The notes beneath the pieces are model-generated. The model was not told where the DNA came from and did no database searches. It was given only the letters and a program-made list of their open reading frames with translations. From Takakia lepidozioides (Eukaryota > Plantae > Bryophyta), in NCBI GenBank assembly GCA_030704615.1, contig CM060731.1, positions 95,728,001 to 95,792,000 on the forward strand: a stretch of DNA of 64,000 bases, in the 5' to 3' direction. This document shows positions 25,052 through 36,800 of the stretch, one piece after another. The first letter of the stretch is position 1. Every line of letters starts with the position of its first letter. The position numbers and the translations under genes were made by a program.

Positions 25052-25699
25052 CTGAGTGCGGTGGCGCACTCAGTTATGTGGTGAGGTCGACTTTGTGGAC
25101 AGAGGTAAAGACCCCGGTGTGCTCGCAAGAGAAAGCAGGCAGACAAAGTGGAGGGCTCCCAGAAATGAGTGCGCCACCGCACTCAGTTTTTTGAGCACCT
25201 GTAGATGGTTGATTTCATGATGTCTGAGATGAACTAATAGGTGAAAATGATTGTGGAAATTAGAAAGCATTCTTTTTTAGTTATGGGAAGAAGATCAGAA
25301 CACCCTGGAAACAGAGTGTGGTGGCGCAATCAGTTTTAACAGTGGACTCGCAGATATTTGAAGACAGTATGTAAGTCGAAGTTGATTTGGAATCCGGTTT
25401 TTAACTGAATACATATTTGTACAGTTTTGAGTGTGGTGGCGAGCTCAGTTTCTGCCTCTAGAATGAAGCACACTATGTGGAAGAGGAAGTGACAAAGGAG
25501 CCATTGACTGGGTAGAGATGGAGTGCCTGCAATGAACATGATTTCATAGATGTCATGGAAGATGTCCAAAAAATGAGTGCGCCACCGCACTCAATTCCGG
25601 TTGACAGGAAAGGAGGGTTGTGTATGAAGTTTTGGAGAAATGATGTTTGTCTGTTCCGATCCTTTGTCAGTCTCGAAAGTGAGTGCGCCACCGCACTCA
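25052..25699. repeat. Array of six ~20-bp palindromes TGAGTGCG-CCAC-CGCACTCA (both orientations)
   Basis: Copies near 25052, 25166, 25313, 25428, 25574 and 25680, spaced about 105-150 bp apart. A further degenerate copy lies at 37308-37327. Confidence 0.85.
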
Positions 25700-26959
25700 A
25701 TTCTTGTAGGTGCCAGATCAGGAAAATGTAGCTGTGGAATGACGGAAACGTTGTAATTGTGGGAGGTGCAGGGGAGGAAAAGAAAAGGTTTGCAGCCTGA
25801 GAAGCAGCAACAGCAAGAGGAGGTAGTGACTGAGAAGCCTGTTGAAGAAGACGATCCTTTCTACTAAGAGCGAGCGGCAAAGGTACTCGTGTACCAGAAG
25901 GTCAATTCCGCGCAGGTGATCAAGTCTATGCAGGTACCTGGAGGCAAGATTATGATCCCTCTCTGCTGCCTAATATCAATGCCAATCGTTCGACCTGCCC
26001 TGACCGGGGATGTGTCCAAGTTGGAGCAAGATTTTAGTCACGGATACATAGAGGGGTGTTAGAGGACTGTAGGGGACTTAGACACTTATACGGGATCTGT
26101 AGGGTACCCTTAATTTTTGCACAGACTGAGACAAACAGGAACCTTAGGGGTGACAGCAGCGCACTGTAGAGGGGGGTTACATAGCCCACACAGCCGACAC
26201 AGCAGTCACAGCCCACACAGCCAACACAGCCCGTCACAGTCGTCACAGCCCACACAGCCGTCACAGCCCACACAGCCCACACAGCCGTCACAGCCCACAC
26301 AGCCCGTCACAGTCGTCACAGCCCACACAGCCCACACAGCCCGTCACAGTCGTCACAGCAGACACAGCCCACACAGCCAGTCACAGCCACACAGCCAGTC
26401 ACAGCCCGACACAGCCAAACACAGCCAGTCACCGCTTGACACAGCTGTCACGATAATAGGGAACGAAGAGTAGGACAGGGAACGACTGTGGGGAACAACA
26501 CCTGTGAAGGGAACATGTTAGTTCACATACGACGGTTAGAGAGGGAAACGGTTAGAACCGCGGATAGGAGGATAAAGGGAAAAACGGGGAATGAAGAAGG
26601 GGATCATTATTCGGGGAGGACTTGGGAGTCAGGCGGGAGCGGAGATCGGAGAGCACGATGAAGGAGAAAAGAGGATTAGTAGATGCTTGTTATATGCAAA
26701 GCTATAGTGATATAGGAAAGAAGAATAGAGACATAATGGCTTCGGCCTGATACCTGATAAATCATAATCTGATACTTATACGATACAATCACACTGTGTA
26801 GAGAGATCTGAGTGAAGCTGTGGATTGAATGGAGGAGTTAAGGAAACCGATAAATTGATGAAGCAAACTGATACTTAATTATCAATGGTAAGGTAGCTAA
26901 GATGAATGCGGAAAAGGAAACAAATAGGAAACACCCCCATGATACACTAGCTGTAGGTC

Positions 26960-27655
26960 ATGACTGATTGTTCTGCGCGGGCTGAGTACTTAGAGATTTC
27001 CAACTCTTCTATCTTGGAGTTTCCGCCTCGGATAGCGAAGGGATGGGTGAGTAAAAGCCGCGCGACATTTGGCGACCATACTGGGGACCTGGGACATGAA
27101 CAACCAGATGTGACAGGCATCTGGTGGGATCATGGTGGTTGGACCATTAAAGAATTTGAAGTGAATCAAATTCCCTGTGGAACGAAGGAAGAAAGATTGT
27201 CCAAACAATTCTTTCAAAGGTTCTTGGAATTGCCAGACGGATGTAAAGAAAATATTCTTAAACGAGTGCATGATGCTGATCCAGAATGGGGTCTGGAGAA
27301 AGGAGTGATAAAGATTTATCAGGTAGCCTGTAGAGGAAGAGCACGTTGGTTACCAACATTAGTTTATGTGATAGCGTTGCTATCCATTAAACGAGTAGAG
27401 TTTGAAGGCTGGGAAGAAAGAAAGGTGAATGTTTATACTCATATGCATGAAGAGCTTGTACTGGTAAAGAATTGGATTCCAAAGGATATTTTGTGGATCA
27501 AACTCACACCAAGAACAGCTTTTCAGACTTGTTTGCCATATGGTTATATGGTAACGGAGACTTCAAGTATAGCCAAGGGTGCATTGAAGCTTGAAAGAAA
27601 TCCAGGCATATACGAGAGATATTACAGAAGAGAGTTTTGGTTATTGCCACATTAA
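26960..27655 (+). CDS. Extra 5' ORF (231 aa), copy 2
   Basis: Almost identical to 7980-8675 and intact. Confidence 0.55.
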   Translation: MTDCSARAEYLEISNSSILEFPPRIAKGWVSKSRATFGDHTGDLGHEQPDVTGIWWDHGGWTIKEFEVNQIPCGTKEERLSKQFFQRFLELPDGCKENILKRVHDADPEWGLEKGVIKIYQVACRGRARWLPTLVYVIALLSIKRVEFEGWEERKVNVYTHMHEELVLVKNWIPKDILWIKLTPRTAFQTCLPYGYMVTETSSIAKGALKLERNPGIYERYYRREFWLLPH

Positions 27656-27676
27656 AAGAAATGAAAGACATGGGAC

Positions 27677-30600
27677 ATGAGTGATGAAAGAGAAGCTAGA
27701 CGACAAAGATATTCATCAAAAAGAGAAAGCTATCTGAAAGCTAATTATCCATATCTTTGGGAGAGAGGAATAGACATAGGGGAATCATCTGGACCTCTCA
27801 CACCATCAAGATCAAAAAGTGCATCACCTATACCGGAAGAACTAAAGTTTCTTTGCAAGAAAGATTAAGGGAATTGGTACAGGAAGAAGATCAATCACGA
27901 GGTGAAAGATCTGAGGTACATCCTTGGATAAAAGACTTGACAGAAATCTTTGATAAGAGTTGGCATGGAACACCAAAAGCAGGAACTCCAGTTTCTGAAG
28001 CAAAAGATGAAGAAGGAGATGAGGATGTGGCAGAGCCAACGGAGAGTTCAGACTCTCCAACACCATTACAGTTGAGTTACATGAGTGAAGAAGAAACCCA
28101 AGGGCAGAACTTGGAGGATGAAAACAGAGAGAAGAAATTGGAAGAGGAAGAATATGAAGAAGTAGACCCAACAGCTGAGGTTGAGACTACAACCAGGACA
28201 TCCCAACCCGTTGGACCTGGATCAAGTGGAGCACTTAGATCACAGGCCAACGAAGGTGTCGGCTCAGGGGGATCAGGCGGGCTGCCTGGATCTGGCTCTG
28301 GGGGACAGGGAGTGTGGGAAGTAGTGCAACTGAAGCTGGGAATACTGTGAATATCGTGGGGCCAGAAGCAGGGAGTGCTCAAGGGCCACCACTTGGTGGA
28401 AGATCCACCACAAAAACAACAGGTCCAGAAGGACCAGCACCAGCAAGGGTGCCAGCACCTGTCAGTGGGCAGAAGGTAGGGCCACAGATGGCGTTACAAC
28501 CAACACGGGCAAAACCACCCTTTCCAATATATTCAGGAAAAGGGGATCCCGATGTACACATTAGCCAATTTGAGCACATGTGTATAGTGAACAATGAGAA
28601 TGGCGATGATGCCAAGATGAGACTGTTTCCTTGTTCACTTATCAAGAAAGCAAGTGAATGGTATGCAAGATTCCCTGATAATCATTTCCTAACCTGGAAT
28701 GGCTTGAATACAACATTTCGAAATAGGTTCAGGACAAGTAAAACTGAGGATGAAGTGTATGGAAGTTTACAACAGCTGAAGCAGAAGAAGCATGAAACTG
28801 TTGAAGAGTATATGGAGAAGATGGAATTGATGATGAAAAAGCTGGCTGCAGTACCAGCACCCGGTTTACAGAAGACTTGGTTTGTGAGTGGACTAAGACC
28901 AGAGTTGCAGAAGAAAGTGGATATGTTACCCCATAATACAGTGGAGGAGGCATTTGAAACTGCAAACAGAATTGAGCAATTGGGAATGCTCAGGAGAGAG
29001 AAAAAGGAAGATGAGGACTCTGAAGATGAGTCAGATGAAGAAGAAGAGCAAGAACTAAAAAGAAAGAGTAAGAGAAAGGAAAAGTTGAAGAGGGAAACTA
29101 TGAAAAAAAATTGGAAGAAATCTTGAAGAAGTATGCCACAGAGGCTGCAACACATTGGAGGAAGGGTGTATGGTGTGCAAAGTGCCAGAATGAAGGCCAT
29201 ACCACTGCAGAATGCCACATGAAGGAGAAACACTGTACTATCTGTAAAATGGATAACCATTCTACTGAGAATTGTTACTACAACAGAAGGACAGCTGCAA
29301 GAGAACCTAGGCAAGTAAGGGTGCATCAGGTGCAGCCCCAGCCAAGAAGAAATAATGATCAGGACCACTATGGTAGGTCTGGTGGTTATAACAATGGCAT
29401 GGAAGGGAGAGGTAATTCAAGAGGGAATTACCAAGGAAATTCCAGAGGCAACTATCAGGGTAATCCAAGGGGGAATTACCAGCCCGGGAATCAGGATTAT
29501 AGAAATAATCCAAGAACAGACCAAGGGCGAGGACCCAATGGTGAAGAGCTATGTTACTATTGTAATCAGCCAGGACATCGCAAGGCAGCCTGTTCATTCT
29601 GGATAAGACACCAGAATGAGATGAGAGCTCCTGTGAATGAGGGCCCAGTGGTGGCAGCTCACATGGTTAGGCCATGTGTTGTACCAGAAGTAAGTACAAT
29701 GATAGTAACAAGAAGTAAAGCCAAACTAATACCTCCAGAAGAAAGGAAAAAAGAAGATGCAGACATGCAAAGTAATGAAGAGACTTTGGCTGAAGTAATA
29801 TGTCAGACCAAAGCAGAAATTACCATTGGACAGCTATTAGCTGTGGCACCTTATTGTAGGCACAGGCTGTATCAGGCAATCAATCGAATTGCCCAAGAGA
29901 CAGGAAACACAGACCTGAACAGCAAGGTGACCAGTTATAATGTGAAGCCGGAAGGGCGAGAACCAGTCATGGACTTTGATGATTCTATGCCAGTAATCCA
30001 ATTGAGAATTGGAAGCACAGAACTAACTGATGTACTGATAGATGGTGGTTTTGGAGTAAATATCATGACAGACCAATTAAGGAAGAAGCTTGGTCTAAGT
30101 AACATGAAACCAGCCCCATTTACAGTAACAATGGCAGATCAAAGAAGTGTACAGCCATTGGGATTAATAAGAGGAGTTAAGATACAGATACAGAAAATGA
30201 TCTTTATGATCACAGTAACTGTATTAAAAATGGATGAAGTCATGGAGGCTTACTCCTTATTATTGGGACGTCCGTGGCTGAAACAGGCCAGGGTATTCCA
30301 TGACTGGAATTCTCAGTTACTAACTGTGCATAATGGGATGCACGAGATACAAATTACCACAAAGAAATCTAGTAGATTACCTGCTACAAGAAGACCTCGA
30401 GGAGTCAGAGAGTATGACTGGAGGGGAGGACTGGATGAGGAGCAGGAAGCTACCCTATTTGCTGCACACCCAGAATGGGAGCAGGTTGCAGAGATGCGGC
30501 TGGAAAGCCTAAGTTGTTTGAGAGGTATCTGCTGTGGTGTAGTGACAGCAACACCAACTGAAGAAGAAACCAGCATTTACCCATCACATTTCTATGAAGA

Positions 30601-33600
30601 AAGAGAAGGAGAAATAGAAATCCTAGAAGAACCAGCCACTGTGAGCTTACAGGATGAAGTGGTGACCGGTTGGACAATCACAGCTGATGAGAAGGTGAGA
30701 GAAGTAAATGTGGGAACTCAGGAGGAACCGAGGATGGTGAAAGTAGGAGCTGATTTGGAGCCGGAATTCTTCGAAGAAGCAAAAAGCTTGTTCATCAAAT
30801 ACAGAGATGTATTTGCTTGGAGCTATGAGGATCTAAAAGGGATACCACCTGAAGTCTGTCAGCATAAAATTGAACTGGAACCAGGGTCAGTACCAATCAA
30901 GCAGGCGAGGTATAGAATGAATCCCAACTACGCACAGAAGGTTGGAGAAGAGATAAAGAAGTTGGCTGAGGCTAAGTTTATATACCCAATAGAGTATACA
31001 ACTTGGTTGTCACCCATTGTTATAGTTCCCAAGAAGAATGGCAAACTAAGAGTATGTGTGAACTATAAGAAGCTGAATGCTTGTACGAAGAAAGATCCTT
31101 TCCCTTTGCCATTCACAGAAGCAGTATTAGACACTGTGGCAGGCCATGAGATGTACTCATTCATGGATGGCTTCAGTGGTTATAATCAAGTGCAAGTGGC
31201 AGAAGAAGACCAAGGGAAAACAGCTTTCATCACAGACTGGGGGGCTTATGCATACAAAGTCATGCCCTTTGGACTTTGTAATGCACCAGCGACCTTTCAG
31301 AGAGTGATAAGTGAATCTTTTCAAGAGTATCTGGATGATTTCATGCAGGTGTTTTTGGATGATTTCAGTGTGTACAGCTCTAAGAATGAGCACTTGCATA
31401 AATTGGAGTTATGCCTGGCCAGATGCAGGATGAGAGGTCTGGGCTTGAATCCAGAGAAGTGTACTTTCTGTGTGAACTCAGGGGTGCTTCTGGGACACAT
31501 AGTGTGTAAGAAGGGACTTCTTGTGGATCCCAGGAAGACAGAGTCCATTAAAGTCTCTCCACCACCAGTGAATGTTAAGAGTTTAAGGAGATTCCTTGGG
31601 CAAACCAGTTATTACAGAAGATTTGTCAAAAGGTATGCACAAATAGCAGCACCATTGAGCAAGCTTCTGAAGAAAGATGCAGTGTTTGCATGGACAGCTG
31701 AATGTCAACAGGCGTTTGAGGAACTTACACTGTCAGTAACAACTACACCTGTGCTGATTAACCCTCACTGGCATGTAGTATTTCATGTTCACTGCGATGC
31801 ATCACAGGAGAAGCGTTGGGAGCGGTGTTAGCCCAGAATGTTACAGGGAATATAGATTCACCTGTGTACTATGCTAGCCGGTTGATGAACAGTGCTGAGA
31901 GGAACTATAGCACAACGGAAAGAGAAGCATTGGCAATGATCTATGCAGTGAAGAAATTCAGGCATTACCTATTGGGAAGAAAGTTTATGTTTTATGTGGA
32001 TCACCAGGCTCTGATATATCTGGTGAACAAACCTTTGATAAGTGGAAGGATAGCGAGGTGGTTAATAATCTTGCATGAGTTTGAGTTCGAGGTTATTTAC
32101 AAGCCTGGCCATTTGCATCTTGTGGCAGATCATTTGTCACGACTAACAACAGGAGAGGCCGCCACAGGAGTGGACGATCAGTTACCTGATGCGAGTTTAT
32201 TTGTAATGGAGGTGCAAGGAAGTGCAGATGAATGGTTAGATTGGCAGTGGCCAATCAGATACTACCTTGCTCATGGTCAGTGCCCACCTAGTTATGGTAA
32301 GGAGCAGAGGAAGAGAATTGCTATCAGAGCTTTACCTTATACTATGGTAGGAAGCAGAATGTATAAGTTAGGACCTGATGGAGTACTAAAACGATGCTTG
32401 TACCACCATGAAGTAAATAAAGTCTTGGAGGAAGTTCATAAAGGAGTGGCTGGAGGTCATTTTGGAGAAGAGACTACCAGTAGAAAGATACTACTCGCAG
32501 GATACTGGTGGCCTACTTTGTTCAAAGATGTACATGAGTATTGTCAGAAGTGTGATGAATGTCAGAGGCTAGGACCTTTGCAGAGATCTGGAAGAATGAC
32601 ATTGCATCCTACAATGCCTACGGAACCATTTCAGAAATGGGGACTAGACTTTGTTGGACCAATTAATCCACCATCCAAGAATACACGAAACAGGTACATA
32701 ATTACAGCCACTGATTATACTACAAAGTGGGTGGAAGCTAAAGCTTTGAGGGACAACACAGCCAAGTCCACAGAAAGGTTCCTGTACGAGAACATACTTA
32801 CACGATTTGGATGTCCCTTAGAATTTATCAGTGATCAAGGAAGTCACTTCATGAATGAGACCATTGAGTTATTGACTAAAGAGTTTATGATTGTGCATAG
32901 AAAGAGTACAACATATTACCCACAGGGTAATGGGCAGGCAGAGGCTACCAACAAAATACTATGTACTATCTTGGCTAAGATAGTCAATGCAAACAGAACG
33001 GATTGGGATACAAAGCTGCTGACAGCTTTGTGGTCATACAGGACTTCATATAAAGTCACCACTAAGTATACACCATTCCAATTAGTTTATGGTATGGAAG
33101 CCTTACTTCCAGTAGAATTTCTGTTACCTACCATGAGAACGGAGTGGGGAAAAAGAATGGAATTGCAAGACTCCATCAAGGTCAGGAAACATGAATTATA
33201 CCATGTGGAAGAAGTACGTGCTGATGCAGCTGATAATATGACCAGAATTCAGATGAAGCGAAAGGAACAGTTTGATGAAGGCAAATTAAAGACTTTTAAG
33301 ACGGGGGATTTGGTTATATGGTTGCAGAAGAAAGGAAAGATTCAAGCTTCTAAGCTTAAATCACCATGGAAAGGACCTTATGTCATACAAAAGATGTATG
33401 ATAACAACACAGCCATGTTACAAACCATTAACAAAGAAATGCTGGGAAGAGTCAATGCAAATAAGTTGAAGGGGTACAGTGGTATCCATGACAAACCCCT
33501 GCAGCATGATTTGCATGTTGAACCGCAAGAGCAGTCACGGGCTGCACCAGTGTTACGAACGGAGTATGGAACACTTGTCGCTAGGCCCAGTATATATGAC

Positions 33601-33864
33601 CGGGGTGGGCAAAACAAACGTGACACAGCCTATCACAGCCCATCACGGCGTGACACAGCCTATCACAGCCCATCACGGCGTGACACTATCACAGCCCATC
33701 ACGGCGTGACACAGCCTATCACAGCCCATCACGACGTGACACAGCCAACCACAGCCCAGCAAGGCGCAACACAGCCCACCACGAAACTCTCAACGTCAAC
33801 AAGGTGCTCACTCACAAAGGTTTGCTACTCGGAAACAGTAAACCGTGAGGACACGGCTTTTTGA
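27677..33864 (+). CDS. gag-pol of element 3 (a few frameshifts)
   Basis: ORFs 28314-29126 (capsid), 29111-31831 (CCHC x3, PR, RT) and 31816-33864 (RNase H, integrase). Confidence 0.92.
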
Positions 33865-36800
33865 GGGGGGAAGGGGTAATGTTAGAGGACTGTAGGGGAC
33901 TTAGACACTTATACGGGATCTGTAGGGTACCCTTAATTTTTGCACAGACTGAGACAAACAGGAACCTTAGGGGTGACAGCAGCGCACTGTAGAGGGGGGT
34001 TACATAGCCCACACAGCCGACACAACAGTCACAGCCCACACAGCCAACACAGCCCGTCACAGTTGTCACAGCCCACACAGCCGTCACAGCCCACACAGCC
34101 CACACAGCCCGTCACAGTCGTCACAGCCCACACAACCCACACAGCCGTCACAGCCCACACAGCCCGTCACAGCCCACACAGCCCACACAGCCCGTCACAG
34201 TCGTCACAGCAGACACAGCCCACACAGCCAGTCACAGCCCGGCACAGCCACACAGCCAGTCACAGCCAAACACAGCCAGTCACCGCTTGACACAGCTGTC
34301 ACGATAATAGGGAACGAAGAGTAGGACAGGGAACGACTGTGGGGAACAACACCTGTGAAGGGAACATGTTAGTTCACATACGACGGTTAGAGAGGGAAAC
34401 GGTTAGAACCGCGGATAGGAGGATAAAGGGAAAAACGGGGAATGAAGAAGGGGATCATTATTCGGGGAGGACTTGGGAGTCAGGCGGGAGCGGAGATCGG
34501 AGAGCACGATGAAGGAGAAAAGAGGATTAATAGATGCTTGTTATATGCAAAGCTATAGTGATATAGGAAAGAAGAATAGAGACATAATGGCTTCGGCCTG
34601 ATACCTGATAAATCATAATCTGATACTTATACGATACAATCACACTGTGTAGAGAGATCTGAGTGAAGCTGTGGATTGAATGGAGGAGTTAAGGAAACCG
34701 ATAAATTGATGAAGCAAACTGATACTTAATTATCAATGGTAAGGTAGCTAAGATGAATGCGGAAAAGGAAACAAATAGGAAACACCCCCATGATACACTA
34801 GCTGTAGGTCATGACTGATTGTTCTGCGCGGGCTGAGTACTTAGAGATTTCCAACTCTTCTATCTTGGAGTTTCCGCCTCGGATAGCGAAGGGATGGGTG
34901 AGTAAAAGCCGCGCGACAAGGGGTCTCCGGTGTTTTACGTGTCTTTGTGCGATGCCAGTGGAAAGGAGGTCTTGGTGGATGAGTCAATTGTGAAAAGTTG
35001 GGATCCAATATGGCAAGAAGTAAACGAGGAGTTCGAATCCCAGATTTCGAGGAGACTGTCCACACAGGTGTTCTCCGGGAAAATGTTTCATATCTGGGAT
35101 GGCAATCACCGCTTCATGGCCTGGATGAACGTCATAAACAAATATCACAACACAGACGAGGACTGGCACTACCTCGTGGCGTCCATGGTGCTGGATCCGA
35201 AAGGAAACGTCACAACACTTTTGACGGCTATGCATGACATCAACAAATAAGTATAATGCTCACCCTTCATGCCATCAGAACTCTCTGATTTGTTCTGTCT
35301 GTTTTGTATTTCCTGGTGAAGGAGGAAGTCATAGTGTTTGTGTGGGACTGCAGGGGAACCGAAAGTGCACACGTGACGACGAATTTGGTCCACACTCTAT
35401 TCAGGATACAGAAGGTGGGCCAAATGCCACTGGTCACCTTCAAAAACCTTATCAGTGCTGAGGCTTACAAGAAGTGCGAGACCTCCAAATCCACCGACAC
35501 ATGGTACGAGCTGACCAGGGAGGCTTTCTGTGACTACATGTACGCTGTAAGTATTCCTTCCCTAGCTCTGTCTACTTGTTCATTCAAAAAACCAATTGAC
35601 TAATACGTTGTATACTGGAATGTTCAGCAAGAGATTGCGGAGGCTGGAGAGAAAGGGAAAGCAGAGTACTATGCCAAAGAAGACCCAGGGGAGCGATCCT
35701 CAAAAGGAGTGGAAGAATCTATGAACAAGGAGATGGAGGTGGCGAAGAGGCACTACATGAGCGCGTTCGTAAAACAACTCAGAATAGCTGACCCTGCTTT
35801 TGGCCCAGAGTTCTTGAATCAGGTCAGGATCCACTGGAACGTGAACACCAAGCCCGAAATGATGCAGGAGAAGCTTCATCGCCTGTCCACTGCCGTAGTG
35901 GAGCCAGAGGTGACAGTGAAATGGCTTGAGATTTGGAACGCCGACCCGACAGTGAAACATAACTACCGCTTTCCGAAGAGTGAGAAGATTAAGGAAACAT
36001 GAGTCATAAAGCAATTCAGTGACCATGTTCTTGATATGTGGTTGCACAAAGCCACGTACTGGGCACAAATTTTTTCCTCTCGCCTTTCCATTTCCACTGC
36101 AAAACTCCATTGCACCGGGAAAAGTCACTTACTGTTCTTAAAAATCTGTTCTCTGAATTGTAAATCTGTTCTTGCGCAGATAGAGGCTCGGGCACAGCTG
36201 GTGCTGGAGAAGCAGCTGAATGATTACAAGATAACTATGACTCCACCGACGGATACTCTAGAAGACTATGTCCGCTAGTGGAAAGCAGCTTGCTTCGGCT
36301 GGTATATGGATATCCCACGGTCTAGATGCCCTTGGTCTGAGCTTGTGACCCGAAATCAAAACGACAATGCAGAGGCCTTGGCCCCTCTTACGGAGAAGGA
36401 GTTGCACGAGAGAAACTTGAGGATATTGGCTGAGAAAAAGTCTCTTGCACAGAATACGCCAGTCAAGCCTAGAAAGGACAAGGGGAAAGGGAAGGTAAAG
36501 GGGCAGAAAAACACTCTGAATGAGAATGAGAAGGAGTCCGTGGTGCAACCGGGGCCAGTGCAGACCCCACCCCCAGCCAAAAAGCCTGACCGAAAGAAGA
36601 AGGGTCTAAAAGAGCCCTACGATGCAATGGAGCACCCATCCAAAATCATTTTTTCGGGCATGTGCGAGCTGGTAAATGACGGGTTCCTGGCCATGATGGA
36701 GACAAGGAAGTCAAGTTACAGTGGTGATCCTTCCAAAACATGGGACAAGCTATGTGCTTTTCTCCAATCGGTAATGCATGATATGAGTTTTGTTTTCTTT

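Larger units (their letters stand above)
26057..34918 (+). mobile_element. Full-length gypsy element 3 (same family as element 1, lacking the 3' ORF)
   Basis: LTRs 26057-27067 and 33880-34918 are nearly identical outside the minisatellite. TSD AGGGG (26052-26056 / 34919-34923), PBS at 27068, PPT ~33863-33876. Confidence 0.96.

Noticed and set aside
25052-25699. CRISPR array interpretation of the palindrome-spacer arrays (also 6187-6805)
   Set aside because: The context is eukaryotic and intronic, spacer lengths are irregular, orientations are mixed at 25052-25699, and no cas genes are present.
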